A stretch of DNA of 64,000 nucleotides from an uncultured delta proteobacterium (GTDB taxonomy: Bacteria; Desulfobacterota; Binatia; Binatales; Binataceae): NCBI GenBank assembly GCA_963842085.1, contig CAWJET010000001.1, positions 713,565 through 777,564 of the forward strand, given 5' to 3'. Position 1 is the stretch's first letter; every line of letters begins with the position of its first letter. A model generated the notes under the pieces. It was not told where the DNA came from, did not search any database, and saw only the letters and a list, made by a program, of their open reading frames with translations. The position numbers and the translations under genes were made by a program. Positions 10,238 through 19,179 of the stretch are shown here, piece after piece.

Positions 10238-11110
10238 ATGAAGATCGGAGTTTCAGTGCCTCTGACCGCAGTCTCAGGCGATCCAGGCGCGATCGCGCAT
10301 GAGGCGGAGAACCTCGGCTTCGAATCCATCTGGAGCGTCGAACATTCCTGCGTGCCTTCGGGCTACACCACTCATTATCCCCGATCGACCGACGGTAAGG
10401 TCCCCGCGATGTACGCCCAGCTTTCCGAGACGTGGGTGGTGCTCGCAATCGCAGCCGCGGCAACGAAGCAAATCAAGCTTGGCACCGGCATCCTGCTACT
10501 GGCTCAGCACAACGTGATCGAGACGGCGCGTGCGGCCGCAACCCTCGATCTCTATTCAGGCGGGCGGCTGATCCTGGGCGTCGGAGCGGGTTGGTTCCGC
10601 GAGGAAGCCGAAGTTATGGGCGTACGGTTCGAACAGCGCTGGAAGCATTTGCGCGAGTCGGTCGAGGCGCTGCGCATCCTCTGGACGCAGGAAGAAGCGA
10701 GCTACGCAGGCGAAATAATCAAGTTTCCCGCACTGCGCGTCGGTCCCAAGCCGGTGCAGAAGCCATGTCCGCCGATCATGCTCGGCGCGCACGATCCGAA
10801 GTATGCGCTCAGGCGGGTTGCGCGCTATGCCGACGGCTGGATGCCGGGCGGACTCTCACCAGACAAAGCAATGGAATTCATTCCGCAGATCAAGCGGATG
10901 GCGCGCGAGTACGGTCGCGATCCCGAGCAACTGCAGTTCTCAGTGGCACTCGCGACGCGCGGGGACGAGCCAACTGCTGACACTCTCAAGCGTTACCAAT
11001 CGGCTGGGGTGAGCCGCATCATCATAATGGCCACCGCGGCGGCGGCGGGTGACGGAGTCAAGGCAATCCGTGCCATCGCACCATTGGTCGAGCGCGCAGC
11101 GAAGGTTTGA
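10238..11110 (+). CDS. LLM-class (luciferase-like) F420/FMN-dependent oxidoreductase
   Basis: ATG at 10238 gives MKIGVSVP... The region GVGAGWFREEAE and overall pattern are typical of luciferase-like monooxygenases. Confidence 0.8.
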   Translation: MKIGVSVPLTAVSGDPGAIAHEAENLGFESIWSVEHSCVPSGYTTHYPRSTDGKVPAMYAQLSETWVVLAIAAAATKQIKLGTGILLLAQHNVIETARAAATLDLYSGGRLILGVGAGWFREEAEVMGVRFEQRWKHLRESVEALRILWTQEEASYAGEIIKFPALRVGPKPVQKPCPPIMLGAHDPKYALRRVARYADGWMPGGLSPDKAMEFIPQIKRMAREYGRDPEQLQFSVALATRGDEPTADTLKRYQSAGVSRIIIMATAAAAGDGVKAIRAIAPLVERAAKV

Positions 11111-11163
11111 AATTGGCGTACGTCAGGAACCTCGAAGAGCAAAAGTGAGAGGAGAACTCTACG

Positions 11164-11299
11164 ATGGGCAGACCCGATGGCAACGCAGCGATCACCGGCG
11201 CGGCAAGCGGAATCGGCCGCAGCACTGCTTGTCCCAATTCTCAACCGTGGTCTCGTCGATCGGCCCGCCCGCGCCGCCAAGGCCGGCGTTGTTATCCAT
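11164..11299 (+). pseudogene. relic of an SDR oxidoreductase gene (N-terminal fragment fused to an inverted internal fragment)
   Basis: Plus strand encodes MGRPDGNAAITGAASGIGRSTA, the SDR N-terminus (cf. gene at 5437), which then runs into nonsense. The minus strand of 11225..11299 encodes MDNNAGLGGAGGPIDETTVENWDKQ, matching SDR residues ~90-112 (YNNAGLGGAVGPLEKTSAENWDRS). Confidence 0.6.
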
Positions 11300-11350
11300 G
11301 ATGGGGAAGTCGCGAGCCGATCGCGTATAGACGTCAGGAGGTGACCGCCG

Positions 11351-11701
11351 ATGGATTTTGGCAAATTTAGTTTTGGCTCAATTGAAATCGACGGCAAAGC
11401 ATACGAACATGACGTGGTAATCGACCGCGGAAGGATTCACAAGCGCAAGAAAAAAGTCTCGCGGAGATTCCGCGAGCAGTTCGGGCATACTCCGCTTTCG
11501 CTGGAAGAGGAAATCCCCTGGAAATGTCGGCGACTGATAGTCGGTTCCGGAAAGTACGGCGCGCTCCCGGTGATGGACGAAGTGAAACTCGAGGCGCAGC
11601 GGCGCGACGTGGATATTGTGATTCTCCCGACGGACGCGGCGATTAAGGAGCTCGGCAAGAATCCGGCGAAAACGAATGCGATCCTCCAAGTGACGTGCTG
11701 A
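11351..11701 (+). CDS. Mth938-like (DUF498) domain protein
   Basis: 116 aa. The pattern FGSIEIDGKAYEHDVVI...LIVGSGKYGALPV...VDIVILPTDAAIKEL matches the Mth938 domain family. Confidence 0.7.
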   Translation: MDFGKFSFGSIEIDGKAYEHDVVIDRGRIHKRKKKVSRRFREQFGHTPLSLEEEIPWKCRRLIVGSGKYGALPVMDEVKLEAQRRDVDIVILPTDAAIKELGKNPAKTNAILQVTC

Positions 11702-11731
11702 ATGGTCCACCCGCGAAAGAGGTTCCCCGCG

Positions 11732-12208
11732 ATGGCACTGAAGCTGACTTCTCCCGCCTTCAAGAATCAGGGCGAGATACCTCCCGTCTACACCTGCGAC
11801 GGAAACGATCTTTCTCCCGCCCTGACCTGGTCGAACATTCCTGAAGGAACGCAAAACCTCGCTTTAATCGCAGACGACCCGGACGCCCCCGATCCGGCTG
11901 CGCCAAAAATGACCTGGGTGCATTGGGTACTCTACAACCTTCCGCCCGTGCTCGATGGCCTGCCCGAGGCGGCCGGTTCCGCCAAATTGCCAACCGGTAC
12001 CCTGGCTGGCGTAAATGACTGGAAGCGCACCGGTTACGGCGGGCCGTGTCCCCCGATCGGACGTCACCGGTATTTTTTCAAGCTATATGCGTTGGACAGG
12101 GTGCTGCCTGACCTCAATCGGCCAACCAAAGCAAAACTTGAAGCGGCGATGAAAGGTCATATCCTGGCCCAAGCGACGCTGATCGGAACCTATCAGCGCG
12201 AGCGTTGA
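11732..12208 (+). CDS. YbhB/YbcL family Raf-kinase-inhibitor-like (PEBP) protein
   Basis: Internal start MALKLTSPAFKNQGEIP. Conserved DPDAP and GPCPPIGRHRYFF motifs of bacterial PEBP. Confidence 0.85.
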   Translation: MALKLTSPAFKNQGEIPPVYTCDGNDLSPALTWSNIPEGTQNLALIADDPDAPDPAAPKMTWVHWVLYNLPPVLDGLPEAAGSAKLPTGTLAGVNDWKRTGYGGPCPPIGRHRYFFKLYALDRVLPDLNRPTKAKLEAAMKGHILAQATLIGTYQRER

Positions 12209-12267
12209 GGTGTTGTCGGCGGGATTCCCTTTTGCGCAATCGAACTGCCACGGAAGGAGTGCTGAAG

Positions 12268-13878
12268 ATGCCGGCGGACACAATCTCGCGAACAGGCGTT
12301 TACTACGCGCTCAAGCTGGATAAGGACGTGCAAATTCCGATGCGCGATGGCGCCTACGTCGTGGCCGATGTGTTCCGCCCTGGGAACGACGGCCTGTTTC
12401 CCATCATCATGACGATGGGCCCCTACTCCAAAGACATCCACTTCCGCGACTGGAACCCGAGCGTGGACTACGAGCATCTGCCCGAGCGCGGTCCTTACAT
12501 GCACTGGGAGACGGTCAACCCCGACTGGTGGGTGCCGCAGGGCTACGTCGTGATTCGCGTTGACGGCCGTGGCACCGGCAAGTCGCCCGGGAGCGTGCGC
12601 CGGCTCTCGGACGAGGAGGCGCGAGACTTCTACGACGCCGTCGAATGGTCGGCGGCTCAGCGGTGGAGCAACGGCAAGGTGGCGGTGATGGGCATCTCGT
12701 ACTTCGCGATGAATGCGTGGCGCGTAGCCGCTCAGCAACCGCCGCATCTGGCGGCGATCGTGCCCTGGGAAGGCGCAGTGGACACGTATCGCGACGCGGG
12801 CCGTCACGGCGGCATCTACTCCAACGGCTTCAACCAACGCTGGGCCCGCCATGTGCGGAGTCACGAGGCAGGCGCGGCGCGACCTCCAGCAGATGCCGTC
12901 GAGCGCGCCGTACCTCCGGAACTCTTTACGGAGAGCGCGTACAACGTTCCCGACCTCAGTCGGATCCGGGTGCCGCTTCTCTCGGCCGGCAATTGGGGCG
13001 GCGCCGCCCTGCACTTGCGCGGCAACGTCGAAGGCTTCCTCGGCGCCGGCTCCGAACACAAGTTCCTGGAGATTCACAGCGGCAATCACATCGTCCCGTT
13101 CTATTCGCTGGAGGGCCGTCTGCTCCAGAAGCGGTTCCTGGATCAGTGGCTGCACGACGTCGACACCGGCATCCTGCGCGAGCCTCGCGTGCGCCTGGCA
13201 ATCCGCCGCGGCGGCGATCGCTACGTCTGGCGGTACGAGAACGAATGGCCGATCGGCCGCACGCAGTGGACGCCGCTCTACCTGGACGCCGCGAAAGGCA
13301 CAATGAGCCGTGATCGATTGGCAAATGCTGGCGAGACGCGCTTCACGGCCGAAGCCGGAAAGCCCCGCGATGAGGCGCACGCTGTATTCGTCGGCCCTAC
13401 GTTCGAGCAAGAGACCGAGTTCACCGGTCCTGTCATGCTGAAGCTGTGGATCTCATCGACCAGTGACGACGCCGACCTGTTCGCCATTGTCCGAAAGATC
13501 GGACGCGACGGGCGCGAGGTGATGTTCCCGGGACAGAACCAGCCTGCTATCCCGACTGCTCTGGGATGGCTGCGCGCCTCGCATCGCAAGCTTGATCCGG
13601 CAAGGTCAACACCCTACCGCCCCTACCACTCTCACGATGAGATCCAGAAGCTGGAGCCCGGCGCGATCGTGCCGGTTGAGATTGAGATCTGGCCGACGAG
13701 CGTCGTCTTCGAACGTGGCGACCGCTTGGTGCTCGAGGTCGCGTCAGAGGACGATCCGCGTATGGAGCCCTTCCTGCACAACGACCCGATCGATCGCAGG
13801 CGGGGCGGCATCACTAAGATTCACGCCGGTGGAGGATACGACTCCTATCTGCTCATGCCCCTGATCCCGCCGCGCTGA
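12268..13878 (+). CDS. CocE/NonD family alpha/beta hydrolase (X-Pro dipeptidyl-peptidase S15-like)
   Basis: ATG at 12268 with RBS GGAAGGAG. Carries the VRVDGRGTGKS and GISYFA serine-nucleophile motifs plus the C-terminal beta-sandwich domain. ORF 12193..13410(-) is a shadow frame. Confidence 0.85.
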   Translation: MPADTISRTGVYYALKLDKDVQIPMRDGAYVVADVFRPGNDGLFPIIMTMGPYSKDIHFRDWNPSVDYEHLPERGPYMHWETVNPDWWVPQGYVVIRVDGRGTGKSPGSVRRLSDEEARDFYDAVEWSAAQRWSNGKVAVMGISYFAMNAWRVAAQQPPHLAAIVPWEGAVDTYRDAGRHGGIYSNGFNQRWARHVRSHEAGAARPPADAVERAVPPELFTESAYNVPDLSRIRVPLLSAGNWGGAALHLRGNVEGFLGAGSEHKFLEIHSGNHIVPFYSLEGRLLQKRFLDQWLHDVDTGILREPRVRLAIRRGGDRYVWRYENEWPIGRTQWTPLYLDAAKGTMSRDRLANAGETRFTAEAGKPRDEAHAVFVGPTFEQETEFTGPVMLKLWISSTSDDADLFAIVRKIGRDGREVMFPGQNQPAIPTALGWLRASHRKLDPARSTPYRPYHSHDEIQKLEPGAIVPVEIEIWPTSVVFERGDRLVLEVASEDDPRMEPFLHNDPIDRRRGGITKIHAGGGYDSYLLMPLIPPR

Positions 13879-13895
13879 GCTGCACCGGCGGTTAG

Positions 13896-15510
13896 TCAAA
13901 CCGCCCAAGCGGTCAGGCGGTTGCTCTCATCGCCGTTGCGCAGGCCACGCCTTGTTGCTTCAATTCCTTTGTCTGTTGATAATCGCCACCCACCTAGCGC
14001 TTGAACCGTCAGTGCAAAAAATGTCGAGAGATCATGGTCGGGGCGCATTGCGGCGGCGGCAATGCCACGCAGCATGCCCCCAAAGACCCATTGATGCAGG
14101 AGGAAGGACAGATACCAGTAGAGAAGTCCGAACAGCCCCACGGGGTCAAAAATCGCAGTCTGCCTGATGGTCGCGCCGGTCTTGGTCGACTCAACTTCAA
14201 AGTCGAGCCAGGCGCGGCCCGGCACCTTCATCTCTGCCGCGAGAGTCAGTTTGCGGTCCGGCTCGAAAGCGGAGACGCGCCAAAAATCAACGTGGTCGCC
14301 GACCGCTATCGTCGTGTCATTGGAGCGCCCGCGCCGCATGCCAGGGCCGCCTAGCAGGCGGTCGACAAGCGCGCGCACTTCCCACAGCCGGTGGCCGTAA
14401 TACCAACCCACGGTGCCGCCAATGCTTTGTATCGGCGCGAATGCCCGCGCCGGGGGAACGTTCACCTCTACTGCCTGCTAAACGATCAGGCGGTTGCCGA
14501 TGCGGACGCCGCCCCAAGGGGAGTTGGAGGGCGCCGCGGACAGCGCGTGGGACCAACGAGTTGCCGAAAATTCGAAGTCCTCGTCGCGTAGCGCATCGGC
14601 AACGGCTTTTTGGATTCCGGCAGGCCGTATTGAAAACATTCGCAGCGCCAGGTCGTTGGAGACGACCGTCGCGTGCCGCACGCTTTCGACCAGCTCCCGT
14701 CCCACGCGCGCCTGCAGAGGGGTTACCAGCTTCAACCACCAGCTGGAGAGCCGTGGCGTCAGCACCGGGACCCGGATCATCGCGCGCTTCAATCCGCGCT
14801 GTTGGGCGTATTCGCGGATGATGCCCGCATACGACACCCGCTCGGCACCGCCGATTTCGAATACGCAACTGGCTGTGGTGCTTAGATCAAGCGCAGCCAC
14901 GAGATAGCGAATGGCATCGTTGATCGATATCGGCTGCGCCTGCATAGTCACCCAGCGGGGCATAATCATCAAGAGAAGGCGCTCGGCGAGCGCACGAACC
15001 ATTTCGAATGAAAGGCTGCCGCCGCCGATAATTGCCGAAGCGCGGAACTCGATCACCTGCGTACTGGAAGCACGCAACAATTCTCCCACTTCGTGTCGGC
15101 TGCGCAGATGCGGCGAGAGCGAACGGCTGGAGCTTCCCAGGCCACCTAGATAGATAATCCGCCGGACTCCCGCTGCGCGTGCCGCCTCGGCAAAATTACG
15201 CGCACCTTCGCGATCCGCGCTTTCAAAAGATCGCTCCGAGTTCATTGAATGGACGAGATAGTAGGCGGTATCGACGCCGCGCATCGCGGCATCGATGCTC
15301 TCGCGATCGAGTACATCGGCGCGCACAACTGTGGTCTTTTGTGCGCGGCTGGCGATTGCTTCCGGACGGCGGCCCGCACAGCGCACGCGATGCCCCTCCG
15401 CCTCGAGCGCTCTCAGCAATCGGCTGCCGACATAGCCGCTCGCACCGGTCAGAAGAATCAGGCGCTCCGAACCATCCGACGAGGTCTTTGGTCGAATTGA
15501 CATTTTCATT
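13896..15510 (-). pseudogene. NAD(P)H-binding SDR (NmrA-like) fused to DUF2867, interrupted by one in-frame TAG at 14478..14480
   Basis: ORFs 14478..15563 (LLTGASGYVGSRL Rossmann fold) and 13896..14465 (DUF2867-like) are in the same frame, separated only by TAG (NRLIV*QAVEVNVPP). Start at MKMSIRP (15510). Confidence 0.6.
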
Positions 15511-15543
15511 CTCGCGGTGCGAGCGGCTCCAGTCCCGGGCCCA

Positions 15544-15765
15544 CTATTCGCGGGAGACGACAACGGGCAGCACGACCAACTGGTAAAAACCAGACAGTCC
15601 GACCAGCCCGTAGACCAACGAACTGAGCGCCGAGGTCTGGCCGAAGCTCATGCCGAGCAGTGCGGCCACCAGGTCGAGGTGAGCGAGTGCAACCAGGCCC
15701 CAGTTGAGAGCCCCGACAATTACGAGCACCGCCGCGATGATTTTAAGCGTTTTCATTTTCTCCAC
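15544..15765 (-). CDS. DUF378 domain small membrane protein
   Basis: 73 aa with AAVLVIVGALNWGLVAL..LVYGLVGLSGFY, the characteristic DUF378 two-helix pattern. Ends in TAG. Confidence 0.7.
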   Translation of the reverse strand: MEKMKTLKIIAAVLVIVGALNWGLVALAHLDLVAALLGMSFGQTSALSSLVYGLVGLSGFYQLVVLPVVVSRE

Positions 15766-15845
15766 GACTCCTTTCCTGTTTTCGCGCTTTAGCCTGCCCT
15801 CTTGCTTTAAGGTTCTGCGATCGCGTACTTGTGATGATAGAGAAA

Positions 15846-15911
15846 ATATTTTTAACTGTGAAGACAGAACAAGCTCTTGGATAAAAGTTATTTAACTGAA
15901 GAGACAAAAGA
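15846..15911 (+). promoter_or_regulatory. AT-rich direct repeats (TTTAACTG..AAGA..A.AAG x2) upstream of the XRE-cupin regulator gene
   Basis: TATTTTTAACTGTGAAGACAGAACAAG and GTTATTTAACTGAAGAGACAAAAGAG lie ~39 bp apart in the divergent intergenic region 15766..15925. Confidence 0.4.
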
Positions 15912-15925
15912 GCGGCCTTCGTTGC

Positions 15926-16534
15926 TTGGGACTCAAACGGATTGAAGAGATGCTCTCGGACACGCTGAAAGAAGGGCTCCAGAAATACGCGATCGGCGAG
16001 AAGCTCCGGCGGCTTAGGCTCCGGAAGAAGGTGGGGCTCGTCGAACTCGGCCGCCACACCGGCCTTTCGCCCGCGATGCTTTCAAAGGTGGAGCGTGGCA
16101 GGCTATTTCCGACGCTGCCGACTCTGCTCAGGATCGCGATGGTTTTCAACGTCGAGCTCGAACACTTCTTCACCGATAGCCGGCACGTAGTGGCCGTTGC
16201 CCGTAAGAAGGACCGGCTGGCTTTCGATGAAAAGTTAGGCGGCGATGAGGTCGTCTACCGCTTCGAATGCCTCGACTTCGAGGCCGGGGACCGAAAACTC
16301 AACGCTTTCTATGCCGAATTCCCGAAGGCTGCAGCGGGGCGCCTGCGCACTCACGAGCACGATGGCGTGGAATTCATCTACGTGCTTTCCGGCACTCTCA
16401 GCGTGAAGATCGGCGAGGAGGAGAACAAGCTGCGCAAGGAGGATGCGATCTATTTTGATTCCAGCGTAACTCACAGTTATCGGACGGTCGGGAACGCTCC
16501 CTGCTCGGCTGTGGTTGTAACGCTGGCGCCATAA
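15926..16534 (+). CDS. XRE-family HTH transcriptional regulator with C-terminal cupin domain
   Basis: N-terminal HTH_3 (IGEKLRRLRLRKKVGLVELGRHTGLSPAMLSKVERG) followed by a cupin fold. TTG start at 15926, alternative ATG at 15950. Confidence 0.8.
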   Translation: MGLKRIEEMLSDTLKEGLQKYAIGEKLRRLRLRKKVGLVELGRHTGLSPAMLSKVERGRLFPTLPTLLRIAMVFNVELEHFFTDSRHVVAVARKKDRLAFDEKLGGDEVVYRFECLDFEAGDRKLNAFYAEFPKAAAGRLRTHEHDGVEFIYVLSGTLSVKIGEEENKLRKEDAIYFDSSVTHSYRTVGNAPCSAVVVTLAP

Positions 16535-16583
16535 GCAGACTATTTCGCTCCGGAATTTGTCTCGCCTGTTTGAAACCGAAAAG

Positions 16584-17888
16584 ATGACTTCACTGGACAA
16601 GCTCGCCGACGATCCCCGCATAGGAGTGCGCAATGGAGGGGGCATCGATCCGCGCGGCAGATGTGTCGTCTGCCGGATGCGGCGATCGCAACGTGCGCTC
16701 GACAATCCCGCGCTTGAAACCGCAATCACCGCAGCGAACGTGCTTGAGCAGCCGGTAGTGGTCTTTTTTGGCCTGCTTGCGCGCCATCCGTTGGCGAATC
16801 TCCGCCACTACGCCTTCATGCTGGAGGGCTTGGCGGAAACGGCCCAGCAGATGGTGAAGAGGAAAATCGGCTTTGTGGCCCGGATCTGCTCCGGCGCAAG
16901 CTCGAATCGGGAGTTCGCGCGATTCTGCGCAGAGGTCCGTCCTTCGCTGGTGATTTGCGATGAAGATCCAGCCCGTCGCCCTCCGAAATGGAAACGGGAG
17001 ACGTTGCTTTATCCATCCGCGCCGCTGTGGAGTGTCGATGCGGATGTGGTCGTCCCCTCGAGATTGCTGGAAAAAGAGCAGTTCGCAGCGCGCACAATAC
17101 GTCCCCGGATCCGCGTGCGGCTCGCGCAGTTCCTCAAGCCGGTTGGAAATCGTGCGGTGCGCGTGCCCTGGAAGGGCGACCGCGGAATGCGTTCGCTGCC
17201 GTTAGCGCCCGAACTCGCCGATCGACTTCATCTCGATCGTTTCGTCGGTCCCGCCGGCGGCTTTCATGCCGGCCCCCAGGCTGCGCTGATGGCGCTGCGT
17301 CGGTTTACCCGTGATCGTCTGCGGGCCTACGCCACCAACCGCAACCATCCGGAAATCGACGCAACTAGCCAGCTCTCGCCCTATCTTCATTTTGGTCAGA
17401 TCGGGCCACATACTGTGGCTCTCGCGGTCCGTGACTCAGCGGCGCCAGTCCGCGACCGCGAAGCATTTCTGGAAGAGATGATCGTGCGGCGCGAACTGGC
17501 GGTTAATTTTGTGCGTTACAATCCGCACTTCAAGAGCCTCGCGAGCATCGAGCCATGGGCCCAGCGCACCCTCGAGGAACATGCCGGTGATAAACGTGTG
17601 TATCTCTATAGCGAAAGGCAACTCGCTAACGCCGAGACGCACGACCCGCTGTGGAATGCCGCACAACGACAAATGGTCACTTCCGGGTGGATGCACGGGT
17701 ACCTGCGCATGTACTGGGCTAAAAAGATTCTGGAGTGGAGTCCGGCGGCGGACGAGGCATACGACATTTGTGTGAGGCTCAACGATCGCTATGAGCTCGA
17801 CGGGCGCGATCCTAACGGCTATGCCGGCATTGCATGGGCGATTGGCGGCAAGCACGACCGCGCCTGGGGTCCCGAACGGCCTGTTTAG
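16584..17888 (+). CDS. class II CPD photolyase (deoxyribodipyrimidine photo-lyase), truncated by in-frame TAG at 17886..17888
   Basis: Conserved class II motifs THDPLWNAAQ, GWMHGYLRMYWAKKILEW, DGRDPNGYAGIAWAIGGKHDRAWGPERPV. After the TAG the frame continues GKIRYMSFASTARKFSSRAYIEKWNG* to 17969, which matches the family C-terminus. Confidence 0.8.
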   Translation: MTSLDKLADDPRIGVRNGGGIDPRGRCVVCRMRRSQRALDNPALETAITAANVLEQPVVVFFGLLARHPLANLRHYAFMLEGLAETAQQMVKRKIGFVARICSGASSNREFARFCAEVRPSLVICDEDPARRPPKWKRETLLYPSAPLWSVDADVVVPSRLLEKEQFAARTIRPRIRVRLAQFLKPVGNRAVRVPWKGDRGMRSLPLAPELADRLHLDRFVGPAGGFHAGPQAALMALRRFTRDRLRAYATNRNHPEIDATSQLSPYLHFGQIGPHTVALAVRDSAAPVRDREAFLEEMIVRRELAVNFVRYNPHFKSLASIEPWAQRTLEEHAGDKRVYLYSERQLANAETHDPLWNAAQRQMVTSGWMHGYLRMYWAKKILEWSPAADEAYDICVRLNDRYELDGRDPNGYAGIAWAIGGKHDRAWGPERPV

Positions 17889-17956
17889 GGCAAAATTCGC
17901 TACATGTCGTTCGCCAGCACCGCGCGCAAGTTCAGTAGCCGTGCGTATATCGAGAA

Positions 17957-18949
17957 GTGGAACGGGTAGCACACAGCAGGGCCCTCTACGCCAGTGAGGA
18001 ACCGATCAGGATCGGAGTCTCATCGTGCCTGCTCGGCGCCAAGGTCCGCTTCGACGGCGGCCACAAGCGCAGCGATTTCCTGGTCGATACGCTAGGCAGT
18101 TTCGTTGAGTTTGTTCCCGTCTGCCCGGAATTGGAGATTGGGCTGGGCGTTCCGCGTGAAACTCTGCGACTCGTCCGCGACGGCACAGCTCAGGCGACAA
18201 GACTGGTAGCGAATCAAACCGCCATCGACCATACCAAGGCGATGAACTCATACGCGGAACGCCGGGTTGTGGCGCTCGGACGGGAGGGACTTTCCGGCTA
18301 CATCCTGAAGAAGGACTCGCCGAGTTGCGGCATGGAGCGGGTGCGCGTCTACGGGTCCTCCGGGATGCCCACACGCGACGGATCAGGTTTGTTCGCGGCG
18401 GCGTTGATGCGTCGGTACCCCAGTTTGCCGGTGGAGGAAGAAGGGCGGCTGAACGATCCGTACCTGCGCGAGAACTTCGTCGAGCGGGTGTTCGCCTACC
18501 GGCGCCTGCGCTCTTTCTTCGCCTCGCGATGGACGCTCGGCGGACTGGTTCGGTTCCACACCATGCATAAGCTCAGCTTGATGGCGCACTCGCCCAAGGC
18601 TTACGGTGAACTGGGCCGATTCGTCGCCTACGCGAAACGAATGGCCAGGGACGACGTACCCGAGCTCTACGAGTCCGCATTCATGGAAGCGCTGAAAAAG
18701 CTGGCGACCACGGCGCGTCACCGCAATGTGCTGCAGCACATGCTCGGCTATCTCCGGCCGCATCTGGATCAGGATTCACGCGACGAGCTCGTCACACTGA
18801 TTGAAGATTACGGGCGCGGACTGGTGCCGCTGATCGTGCCAATCGCGCTCTTCCGGCACTACGTGCGAAAGTTTGACGTCGCTTATTTGCGCGGACAGGT
18901 TTATCTCGAACCGCATCCGAAAGAGCTGATGCTCCGCAATCACGTCTGA
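17957..18949 (+). CDS. DUF523 + DUF1722 (YbgA-like) protein, photolyase-associated
   Basis: IRIGVSSCLLGAKVRFDGGHKR (DUF523) plus a C-terminal DUF1722-like region. YbgA homologs are classically linked to phr. GTG start at 17957 is uncertain. Confidence 0.7.
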   Translation: MERVAHSRALYASEEPIRIGVSSCLLGAKVRFDGGHKRSDFLVDTLGSFVEFVPVCPELEIGLGVPRETLRLVRDGTAQATRLVANQTAIDHTKAMNSYAERRVVALGREGLSGYILKKDSPSCGMERVRVYGSSGMPTRDGSGLFAAALMRRYPSLPVEEEGRLNDPYLRENFVERVFAYRRLRSFFASRWTLGGLVRFHTMHKLSLMAHSPKAYGELGRFVAYAKRMARDDVPELYESAFMEALKKLATTARHRNVLQHMLGYLRPHLDQDSRDELVTLIEDYGRGLVPLIVPIALFRHYVRKFDVAYLRGQVYLEPHPKELMLRNHV

Positions 18950-19179
18950 CGGTGGGCGATTTTTGGTTCGAGCTGACCCCGACGTTAGCAACGACCTCTG
19001 CTACACCGTCGGCGAGGTTAGAGACGAGGCACGACTAAAGCGAATTTATGCTTGCGAAGTTTTATTACTACCTTGTCACGGCTGTGGAAGCTCTATTTTC
19101 GACGGATCGGCGGGTTTTTCCGGCTTTTGGACTGACCTTCATGATTGGTTTCCCTTCGGATGCGAACCACTCCAATCAG

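Noticed and set aside
12193-13410. 405-aa antisense ORF across the CocE/NonD gene
   Set aside because: Shadow frame in high-GC DNA with no motif. The sense strand has a clear hydrolase.
13887-13905. Short hairpin GGCGGTT-agtca-AACCGCC between convergent CocE and DUF2867 genes
   Set aside because: It has only a 7-bp stem without a U-tract and overlaps a stop codon, which is too weak to call a terminator.
14478-17888. Idea that TAG is reassigned to a sense codon in this organism
   Set aside because: DUF72, DUF378, glgP and the SDR at 5437 terminate at TAG, and reading through gives no conserved extension. DUF378 would run antisense into its neighbour.
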